Origin: Verrucomicrobiota bacterium
GTDB lineage: Bacteria > Verrucomicrobiota > Verrucomicrobiia > Methylacidiphilales > CAMAQI01
Assembly: GCA_040388725.1 (NCBI GenBank)
Contig: JAZKBH010000137.1
Coordinates: forward strand, 46,258-82,859
Length of the DNA: 36,602 nucleotides
Reading direction: 5' to 3'
A program made the position numbers and the translations under genes. The notes beneath the pieces were generated by a model that ran no database searches, had not been told where the DNA came from, and saw only the letters and a list, made by a program, of their open reading frames with translations. Shown here in pieces: positions 25,495-33,103 of the stretch (position 1 is its first letter; the number at the start of each line of letters is the position of its first letter).

Positions 25495-25830
25495 TTATGC
25501 CGATCCATACATTTCCACCACCAACTCTCTTAAAAGCTGCGCCCCATTCGGTTTCAAACGATCGATCTTTTTTACCAATCGACTTTTATTCACCGTCCGA
25601 ATCTGATCCACTGCGATATCTGCTTCACGAACTCCACATCGAATCCTCAAACGGCATCTCCAATCCTCCCGAAGCTGACTGGTGATTGGACAAATGACCA
25701 CCGTCTTCAAACATTGATTCCGCATATCATCACTAATTACCACACACGGTCTCGTCTTTCCGATCTCACTTCCCTCTATAGGATCAAGTCGGACAAGATA
25801 GATCTCATAACGCTTAGGAGCGGAGATCAT
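25495..25830 (-). CDS. mazF: MazF/PemK-family endoribonuclease toxin
   Basis: YEIYLVRLDPIEGSEIGKTRPCVVISDD...ICPITS...VDQIRTVNKSRL is the canonical PemK/MazF pattern. Confidence 0.9.
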   Translation of the reverse strand: MISAPKRYEIYLVRLDPIEGSEIGKTRPCVVISDDMRNQCLKTVVICPITSQLREDWRCRLRIRCGVREADIAVDQIRTVNKSRLVKKIDRLKPNGAQLLRELVVEMYGSA

Positions 25831-26117
25831 TTTGCCCTCGATTTCTTTCCCTCATCCCACGGAAGTTCCTCCAACCCATCCTCATCCGTTACAGACCAAT
25901 CCGATTCCACCGCTTCATCCTTTGCCATCGCTTTATACGTCTCTTTCCACGAAAGTTTCGACGTCATCGGCTTTGCGGGACGAAGAACAAGACGATCTTC
26001 AAGGGCTTCCACCAGAATTCCTCCTTCTAATCCATACTTCTCGATCACCGCCTGCGGGACTCGAATTCCCCTTGAATTTCCGATCGCCGTCAGTTTGCAT
26101 TCCAAAAAAGGCTTCAT
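25827..26117 (-). CDS. mazE: MazE-type antitoxin (SpoVT/AbrB domain)
   Basis: KLTAIGNSRGIRVPQAVIEKYGL is the AbrB-like swapped-hairpin motif. ATGA overlap with mazF. The ATG at 26117 is preferred over the longer track ORF. Confidence 0.85.
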   Translation of the reverse strand: MKPFLECKLTAIGNSRGIRVPQAVIEKYGLEGGILVEALEDRLVLRPAKPMTSKLSWKETYKAMAKDEAVESDWSVTDEDGLEELPWDEGKKSRAK

Positions 26118-26364
26118 GTAATTACAGTAATTCCTTTTTGAAAGCGTGTCAAATCCAGGCAGTCTCTTTGAGATCTTGATCATCTTCCTTCAGTAGTCGT
26201 CATCCTTTAAAACGACAAGAGCCAGAGGGAAAAAGATGCATGAATGAAAATGCATTTTACAGTTCAAATACCTTCCTTCGTTCTCCTTTGTTAGAAATTC
26301 TGTTTTGTATTTCCTACGTGTGCGCACTTTGTCGCGAGTTCTACTATCGACTACCAGGAGAAGG

Positions 26365-26679
26365 ATGGATTATGAAATCAACATCGAACTTCAAGCGTTC
26401 GATGATTTGAAGTTGTTTTTAGAGAATGCAGACTACGAACCCCCAGCAGTGCGACATGTTCAAAAGATTTTCCGACAAACACAGCTCTTAAGTCGATTTC
26501 CAAAAACAGGTTCTAAAATATTCGCCCAATCCAAACAAGTCACCGCTCGAAAAAAATGGGCGCATCCTTTCTGGATCATCTACACCATCGACGAAAAAAA
26601 ATCCTTTATTCAAATTATCGAGTATCGACACCACGCAAAGCACCTCGGGAGGAGTCTTTTTTCTGACCCTTCTGGATAA
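26365..26679 (+). CDS. parE: ParE/RelE-family toxin, no upstream antitoxin gene
   Basis: YEINIELQAFDDLKLFLE...LSRFPKTGSKI...HPFWIIYTIDEKKSFIQIIEYRHHAK fits the ParE pattern. ATG at 26365 is preceded by aggagaagg. Confidence 0.75.
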   Translation: MDYEINIELQAFDDLKLFLENADYEPPAVRHVQKIFRQTQLLSRFPKTGSKIFAQSKQVTARKKWAHPFWIIYTIDEKKSFIQIIEYRHHAKHLGRSLFSDPSG

Positions 26680-26812
26680 GCTCTGTTATTTTCCCTTGAA
26701 ATTGATCCAATGAAAGTCCGCTCGTTTCCGTCACGTTCCCCAAACGCCTCTCCAACTCCAAAACATCCGAAAGGGACGCTCTATCAACAGGTTTAAAACG
26801 TGCATTGGACAT
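26615..26812 (-). CDS. hypothetical 65-aa ORF convergent with parE and overlapping its 3' end (possible unconventional antitoxin or non-coding)
   Basis: Only the open frame MSNARFKPVDRASLSDVLELERRLGNV... supports it. The gagg motif sits too close to the ATG, and I recognise no family. Confidence 0.25.
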   Translation of the reverse strand: MSNARFKPVDRASLSDVLELERRLGNVTETSGLSLDQFQGKITELIQKGQKKDSSRGALRGVDTR

Positions 26813-26900
26813 GCCTCTACATTAGTCAATCACCCGTAAGTCGTCAAAACAGGATTCCCACAAACTAAAATAAGAGACTTATAGTTTGTTAGAAACTAGG

Positions 26901-27095
26901 CTTTATCCCTTGTATCTGCATTTTTTATATCCATGTAAATTTTGCATGGGCTTTATTTTTCTCTGATTGTGACATCTGGAGTAATTCTCTAACTCCATAA
27001 TGATTCGTTCGGCGCCCACCTCACTCTGGCTGCGTCCTGCAGCCTCTCGTATGCACTCGATCGTCTCATCCGTTCCCAACGGATTCGGCACCATG
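26901..27095 (-). repeat. TA-associated ~190-nt element, copy C (inverted relative to A and B)
   Basis: The reverse complement matches copies A and B, with about 6 and 9 differences in the core. Lies downstream of parE. Confidence 0.85.
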
Positions 27096-27105
27096 TTAAA
27101 ATTGT

Positions 27106-27155
27106 ATTCTTCCGCTACCTCCGTTCACTCCGTGTGAAATTGCCTTTCGCCTTTA
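27106..27155 (+). repeat. solo type-3 right arm abutting element copy C
   Basis: attcttccgctacctccgttcactccgtgtgaaattgcctttcgccttta parallels 22051-22100 and 22599-22660. Confidence 0.65.
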
Positions 27156-27180
27156 TCCCACTTTGCTTTATAGTATTTCC

Positions 27181-28035
27181 ATGAACCGTCTCTCTCTCTC
27201 CCTCCTCATCGGGATGGGCCTTCTCTCCTCCGCTGTCGCGGAAGAAAAAACGACGACGAGTTCTGAGGGCAAACCTCAGGACAAAGAGTGGCTTCAAACT
27301 TACATCAAGGAGCAACAGAAACTTCAGGAAAATCAACGCGCCGATGCAGACTCTAAGGTCAATCCCTTCAAAGCGATCGAAAAGCCGAATCCTGAAAAAC
27401 CGAAAGATCCTGAAAAGTTCAACCTCCTCACTAATAAAGAAAAAGAAAGCCCGAAAGCCCCTGCAAAAATCGAATCTCCTCGATCGCTCCCTACCGATAC
27501 CACATTCAAGCCATCGATCTCGGGATTTACTCAGGACTCCTTTTATCAACAGCGCCGGGAAATTCAGAGCCGTTCCGCCGTCGAACAGATGGAATCCGGG
27601 GGAAAGAAAGACGAGGAGAATGATCTTAAAAAGGACGATCTCCTCGAAAAAATGCGCCGGGAACGTCTTCAACAAAACCTGAATTCCCCTTCCAATGATA
27701 AAGCTTTCGGCCGCGATATCACGATGCCGAACGACCTAAATCACCCCAATCTCGACGAAGATCATAAAAATCCTTATCTCAACCAAAATCAATCGATACG
27801 AGAGATGGATCGGGATAAATTCGGATCGGAGACCGCCAACCGTCTTCCGACGATCCAAATGATTAAGCCGATCGAAACGCCTCAGATGCTTGAAAATCCA
27901 TCTCTCAACCGCTCCGTCTTCGAAAATCAGAACAATCGCCAACAAAATACGGGTAGTATCTACAATCAGATGATGCTGACCCCCGGCACCGGTAAAAACC
28001 GCGTCCAAGACCCGAATGACTTTTTAAAACGGTAA
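27181..28035 (+). CDS. secreted low-complexity (K/E/P/N/Q-rich) protein
   Basis: Signal peptide MNRLSLSLLIGMGLLSSAVA followed by a charged, proline-rich, likely disordered sequence. The ATG at 27181 is preferred over the TTG at 27163. Confidence 0.6.
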   Translation: MNRLSLSLLIGMGLLSSAVAEEKTTTSSEGKPQDKEWLQTYIKEQQKLQENQRADADSKVNPFKAIEKPNPEKPKDPEKFNLLTNKEKESPKAPAKIESPRSLPTDTTFKPSISGFTQDSFYQQRREIQSRSAVEQMESGGKKDEENDLKKDDLLEKMRRERLQQNLNSPSNDKAFGRDITMPNDLNHPNLDEDHKNPYLNQNQSIREMDRDKFGSETANRLPTIQMIKPIETPQMLENPSLNRSVFENQNNRQQNTGSIYNQMMLTPGTGKNRVQDPNDFLKR

Positions 28036-28039
28036 AGGC

Positions 28040-28173
28040 AGTGTTTCGCACGAAGACACAACGACGCTAAGAAAGACAGGGACTTTTGTTTTAAAAACCA
28101 ATATTTCAATTTCTTTGATTTATTGCTGGAAACTGGCTTTACATTGAGTTCTTTGTGCCGTTGTGCGAGACAT
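28040..28173. repeat. imperfect palindrome, type 4
   Basis: The right arm gtgccgttgtgcgagaca matches 22578-22595 at 17 of 18 positions. The left arm gtgtttcgcacgaagacacaacgacgc is more diverged. The loop has cttttgttttaaaaacca. Confidence 0.75.
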
Positions 28174-28443
28174 CAGGGGATTTTTCAATAACTTTGTGAA
28201 TAACTTGTGCCCAGGAACGAAGAAGTAAGAATAAATAAGCTCCCGATGAGTTTTTTCTTTCCCTCTGATATAAATTCCCCATCTTTTTCACGACTTGTTT
28301 TCGTGGGCAACTCTTACGAGGTCAGTAAATTAGAACAGATTTGGCGAGTTGTTCACGAGAAGAAGAAGAAGGTTCTACCTTTCTTTTTAAATAAAGAAAT
28401 AAAACCATCTTCTAATAACCGTCTTTGAAATGGAATAAATGTT

Positions 28444-29538
28444 ATGAAATGTGTCATCGGGAAAGAAGCATTGATCGCAGGACTTCAAATGGTCCAAAAC
28501 GTCGTCGCCTCCAGAACAACCCTTCCTATTTTAGGAAATGCCCTCCTGGTTGCTGAGAACGGTAGACTTACCATTTCAACGACCGATCTCGATATGGGGA
28601 TCCGAGCCAGCATCGCCTGCGAAGTCGTTAAGCCTGGCACAACGACTCTTCCCGCCAAACGTTTCTTCAGCATCATTCGTGAACTTCCCGCTGTCGAATT
28701 GACTCTTGAAGTCAACGATGAGAATCAAGCCACGATTCGTGCCGCTTCTTCCTATTTCAAAATTCTCGGTCTTCCTTCCGAAGATTTTCCTGCTTTCCCC
28801 AAAACCGAAGGAGCTCGTCAGTTCAAAATGACGCAAGGAACCTTCCGTGACATGCTTCGCCGCACGGCCTATGCCATTTCCAACGACGAGAGCCGTTACG
28901 TCCTTAACGGGGTCTTTCTGAGCTTCCACGATGCCAAGCTGACCATGGTTGCGACCGATGGACGCCGTTTAGCGCTTGTTGAGCATGAAATGGAATTTGC
29001 CAAAGGAAACGAGACCGATGCGATTCTCCCGACCAAAGCGGTCAATGAACTCCAACGGATCCTCGGTCAAGATGAACCCCTCACCATTTCACTCTCCGAT
29101 AACCAAATTGCTTTTGACCTCGGTGAAACCTTCCTTGTTTCCAAATTAGTTGAAGGAAAATACCCGAATTACAAACAAGTCATTCCTCCTGAAGCCAAAG
29201 ATCGTGTCATCATTGAGCGCGAACTTCTCTTGAACGCGACCCGTCGTGTCTCCTTACTCTCGAATGATAAAACGAACTCGATCCGTCTCAGCTTCAGCCA
29301 AAACAATTTGGACATCATGTCCAATACACCTGAAGTCGGAGAAGCGAAAGAATCATTGCCCGTGAATTACAAAGGCAAAGAATTCTCCATCGCCTTCAAT
29401 CCGACCTATCTTCAAGACCCCCTTCGCCAAATCGATGCCGACGAAATTTTCTTCGACTTCATCGACGAGCTCAGCCCCGGCGTCATCAAGTACAGCAAGC
29501 CTTTCTTGTACGTGATTATGCCGATGCGTACGGCTTAA
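28444..29538 (+). CDS. dnaN: DNA polymerase III beta sliding clamp
   Basis: N-terminus LQMVQNVVASRTTLPILGNALLVAENGRLTISTTDLDMGI and three-domain length (364 aa) are typical of DnaN. Confidence 0.95.
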   Translation: MKCVIGKEALIAGLQMVQNVVASRTTLPILGNALLVAENGRLTISTTDLDMGIRASIACEVVKPGTTTLPAKRFFSIIRELPAVELTLEVNDENQATIRAASSYFKILGLPSEDFPAFPKTEGARQFKMTQGTFRDMLRRTAYAISNDESRYVLNGVFLSFHDAKLTMVATDGRRLALVEHEMEFAKGNETDAILPTKAVNELQRILGQDEPLTISLSDNQIAFDLGETFLVSKLVEGKYPNYKQVIPPEAKDRVIIERELLLNATRRVSLLSNDKTNSIRLSFSQNNLDIMSNTPEVGEAKESLPVNYKGKEFSIAFNPTYLQDPLRQIDADEIFFDFIDELSPGVIKYSKPFLYVIMPMRTA

Positions 29539-29813
29539 GATTTATATACAGTCATCATTGTGACTGGCACCATACGTTGACCGATTTCCTCAACTTATGG
29601 GTAAGTTTAGGAAGTCTCACTTTATGGGTTAAGGCGCTGTAAATTACACGCCAATAAAATCTTGCATTTAAGAAATTTAAATTTTCTCAAAAAAAGTTCA
29701 TAACTTATAAATTGACACTGAGTTTTGAAAAGATGCCATTCTTCATTCACAAGTGCATAAGTGATCGATATAGCATAGGAAGGTGTTTTATTACCAAGGA
29801 GTAAAGATTCTCA

Positions 29814-32636
29814 TTAGGGCTCACCTCTTGGACTTTCAGCAGGACCGCCGCCTGTGGCTTTGTAATTCACATCGCGGGTCATCACCACTTTATCCACGGC
29901 GACTCCATCTTCCCTCATCCAAAGATGGAGGGTATGGATGCCCACGGTTCCTATCGTTACTTTAAATCGTGTCCCATTGTAGTACTCCTGCCAGCCAAGC
30001 GTATGGTTCATCCAGGGAGAGGTAAGTCCGTACGCGGCATTTTGATTGGTTAACAGGGCGTCATCCCATCCCACGTGAATCGTATCTCCATCCGTACGAG
30101 GAGCAGCCATCCGTACCCAAATGTAATAGGTTCCTTTATTTGTAAAATGGATGGGATAATCCAGGCGAGGTCCCTGTGTCGACATGCCTGTATTCACGCC
30201 CAAATCCGGCACCGCACGCATCACGCCTTTTCCGGACGCTTCCGCCATTCCCATGTCGAGGGCGAATTCATTATTTTTCGCAATTTCCATCCCGGGTTTC
30301 ATAGTTGAAAAGTGCTCGGCCTCCATCGTTACAACACCATCCTTTTCTAAAAAAGGCAAAAAGCCTCGAGGACTTTCTGCGAGAATGCCTCCTGGAATAT
30401 AGAAGTCATCACGAGTCAAAATCATTTTATCGACGACGACTCCATCTTCTCGCATCCAAAGATTCAAAAGATGCTCGCCGGGAGTTCCCACGATGATGGT
30501 CACGCGAGAACCATGACTTTGATCTTCCCACCCAAAAATATTTCCAATTCGGGGGGCCTCCATTCCGTCAAGGCCGTTGCGGTTGGTTAGCGCCGTACTG
30601 TCCAATCCGATATGAATGGAATCTGCGCCTTTATTGGGACCAGTGAATCGAACCCAGACATGATAGGTTCCGGTATTTTGAAAATAAATTGGAAAGTCGA
30701 GACGAGGACCGCAAGTTTCCTGTCCGGTATTGACGCCATTATTAGGAGTCGATTGAACGGCCTGCCCATTGGAAGCGCCGGTAAAATTATTCGATACCTC
30801 AAATCGACTTCCGGAGGCGGTCATGCTTCCCGGACGATTGGTCAGAAAGTGTTCGGCTTCTATAACCACCTTACCATTGCTTTCAATAAAAGGTCGGGAG
30901 GTGAATTCCTGCGGCTGAATCGTGTATGTCGCGCGATACGTGGGAGTGACATTTCCGGCCGCATCTTTTGCTCTGGCCCAAAAACGACAGGTTTCCGAGA
31001 GAAGAAGTTCATTCTGTGTTCCTTCAAAAGAAAATGAAGTCGCCCAATTGTTGGTGCTCCATGAACCTTTCCCTGAGTCGACGCCCATTTTTACCAAAAG
31101 AGGACTTGTGGATCGCACACTGGTTCCGGGCGTGATCTTTAATTCCGGAGCCTGAGTGTCGATGACGTAGGTGACAGAATTTGTGGGGCTGCTGATCCCA
31201 TTGCCCGAGGCGTAATATTGCACGGTGGTCGTTTTTGAAATGGGAATAGAAACTCCGCGGCTCGTGAAAGAATTGAAGGCAGAAACAGAATTGGTGCGCC
31301 AAAAACCCGTATCTCTATTTACATCCAGAAAGAGGGTGAAGGTTTTATTCGTCAGACGATTCGAAGGAGCTCCGCTGACATTGACAACAGGAGGAACTTC
31401 AAAATACTTTTTCTCCATGATTCCAAGTGGAGTTACATAGGGTTTGACCAGATTCTCGGCTTGGAGATATTGCTTGTTTCGGATCAGCTCACAGGCCTCC
31501 TCCATATCCGCCAGAATTTCCTCATCGGAGGTTACTTTTCGAATCTTATAAATCCATTGCGGCACATCAAAATTGCCCGTAGGAGATGTGATCCCTTTGT
31601 ACTGCGCCACATACTGGCGGGTAATCTCCAGATACGTATTTCCGAATTCGACCGTCGGTTCAATGCCTGAACCCTCGGCCCAATCATCCCATGTGGGAAC
31701 AAAAATCATGGGATAGCCATTGGAGACCGCTCGCATCCAGCGATAACGATAGGTCTCCCCATTTGCCCGCTCAATATAATGCGGACCATCGTCTCCCCAA
31801 CCGTTGACAGGAAGATCATTGAAACCGGGACTAATCCCTTCCGCATAATAACCGATGGTTCCTTCATCGATCAACTTTTGAGCGCGAGAAACACACGCTT
31901 CATATCCTCCCCGCGCTTGTGCGGCATCATAATAGCGTACGTACGGAGTTCGATTTTTGGAATAATTTTCGCTCATGGAGTCACCGACCCAATCAAATGC
32001 TCCGTCATATGGCCAAGGCATGGTGTGATGAATCCAATGGAGCAGCAGGGGACGATCCTGGCTTGAAAAGGAGTTTTTCCAATCATTCAAAGCCTCGGGG
32101 TTGATCCCACTAAAGAAAGAGGAAATCAAAGGTCGAGTTCCCACATGGAGTTGGATCGGTTGATAAAGATCCAAAAGAAAATCCAAATCGTCCAAAGTAC
32201 AATTTTCCTGCGTCCGAGGAAAACCGCGCAAACCATACCGCTTCATCACCGCATGCCACTGTCGTTGGGTGTTTTCATGCCAGGCATCGGTCGTGTTAGG
32301 ATAAAAAAAACTGATGGCGTTAAAACCGCACATGCTCATTAATTGGCAGGCATATTCCATGTAATCCGGGTCCGAACAATCATAGAGACCGATGGAAGGA
32401 TAATACATGGAGCAAATATCTCGCCGGCCCTCCGCATTTTTTGTACCGGGAGAATGGCCTCCATTTTGCCAAGTCCTCCAGCTTCCTGAGATCCATGGCG
32501 TTCTCGCCACGCTCATAGAAACCGCGACGACCTTTCGATCTGCAAAGGGGGTCGTTTCAGAATTCGCATAAAGAGCAAAAAAAGCAATAACGACGACGAA
32601 GAGAAAAAAAGGGGGTTTATTTTTAAATGAATACAT
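29814..32636 (-). CDS. secreted GH99-like (endo-alpha-mannosidase-fold/DUF5010-like) glycoside hydrolase with Ig-like domains and two tandem C-terminal CBM-like modules
   Basis: Signal peptide after the ATG at 32636 (MYSFKNKPPFFLFVVVIAFFALYA). YYPSIGLYDCSDP and TWDDWAEGSGIEP resemble GH99 blocks. Chitobiase-C-like Ig segments. Two ~180-aa repeats, each beginning ...EAEHF and ending ...LWMREDGV.VDK. Confidence 0.6.
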   Translation of the reverse strand: MYSFKNKPPFFLFVVVIAFFALYANSETTPFADRKVVAVSMSVARTPWISGSWRTWQNGGHSPGTKNAEGRRDICSMYYPSIGLYDCSDPDYMEYACQLMSMCGFNAISFFYPNTTDAWHENTQRQWHAVMKRYGLRGFPRTQENCTLDDLDFLLDLYQPIQLHVGTRPLISSFFSGINPEALNDWKNSFSSQDRPLLLHWIHHTMPWPYDGAFDWVGDSMSENYSKNRTPYVRYYDAAQARGGYEACVSRAQKLIDEGTIGYYAEGISPGFNDLPVNGWGDDGPHYIERANGETYRYRWMRAVSNGYPMIFVPTWDDWAEGSGIEPTVEFGNTYLEITRQYVAQYKGITSPTGNFDVPQWIYKIRKVTSDEEILADMEEACELIRNKQYLQAENLVKPYVTPLGIMEKKYFEVPPVVNVSGAPSNRLTNKTFTLFLDVNRDTGFWRTNSVSAFNSFTSRGVSIPISKTTTVQYYASGNGISSPTNSVTYVIDTQAPELKITPGTSVRSTSPLLVKMGVDSGKGSWSTNNWATSFSFEGTQNELLLSETCRFWARAKDAAGNVTPTYRATYTIQPQEFTSRPFIESNGKVVIEAEHFLTNRPGSMTASGSRFEVSNNFTGASNGQAVQSTPNNGVNTGQETCGPRLDFPIYFQNTGTYHVWVRFTGPNKGADSIHIGLDSTALTNRNGLDGMEAPRIGNIFGWEDQSHGSRVTIIVGTPGEHLLNLWMREDGVVVDKMILTRDDFYIPGGILAESPRGFLPFLEKDGVVTMEAEHFSTMKPGMEIAKNNEFALDMGMAEASGKGVMRAVPDLGVNTGMSTQGPRLDYPIHFTNKGTYYIWVRMAAPRTDGDTIHVGWDDALLTNQNAAYGLTSPWMNHTLGWQEYYNGTRFKVTIGTVGIHTLHLWMREDGVAVDKVVMTRDVNYKATGGGPAESPRGEP

Positions 32637-33103
32637 AAAAACCTTTGTTAAGACTTGAAGGGAATAAACTAAATAAAGGCGAAGGGAGAATGAATCGCAA
32701 TCACTTCCCTCATTCATAATCGCTCAAATTTTATTCTAAAACACTCTTATGATGAGCGACATTCGAATCAATCTGAATCTTATATAGAATTTCAAGGGAG
32801 CAATTCTCCTCATCAGTCGAATAGACCTCAACTTAAGGGGAAATACAGGATTTGCATCGATAATAGGATGGGGGGATAAATAAAATTTAAATAGGAAAAG
32901 CGAGAAAAAAGGTAAAAGAGACTGATTTTTTAATCAGCGATGGGTTGTGCCTTTTTAAGAATTTTATCCTCTGGATCCGGATATCGATGCCAAAGTTTTC
33001 TTTATTTTCTCGATCCTCTCTTTTGCATTTGATGAGCGATTTTGAATAGTGAGTGAGCACTCCCCATCTTGTGTGAAAGGAGAGATATGATAAATTTAAA
33101 ATA

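Noticed and set aside
26236-26255. Two ATGCAT palindromic hexamers 14 bp apart upstream of mazE as the MazE/MazF operator
   Set aside because: Plausible in position, but 6-bp palindromes in AT-rich DNA are common and the site is more than 115 nt from the mazE ATG. It is not supportable without binding or conservation data.
14303-28173. Classical integron cassette array (attC sites) as the explanation for the palindromes
   Set aside because: The TTAAC...GTTAA termini and long imperfect stems are reminiscent of VCR-type attC sites. However, the terminal heptamers fit RYYYAAC/GTTRRRY only partly (for example TCTTAAC / GTTAACA). The elements occur in both orientations and flank essential genes (mnmG, lpxK). 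No intI or attI is visible. I kept this only as one hypothesis inside the palindrome finding.
14303-28173. CRISPR array
   Set aside because: The repeats are long imperfect inverted repeats of several sequence types at irregular spacing, separated by whole genes. There are no short direct repeats with uniform spacers, and no cas genes.
28207-28428. 73-aa ORF upstream of dnaN as a possible dnaA remnant or small gene
   Set aside because: GTG start without an SD-like sequence, no similarity to the DnaA C-terminus that I can recognise, and a low-complexity Lys- and Phe-rich composition. It is more likely an untranslated leader.
29555-29572. Hairpin cagtca-tcattg-tgactg after dnaN as a Rho-independent terminator
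   Set aside because: It has only a 6-bp stem and no following T-tract, so the evidence is insufficient.
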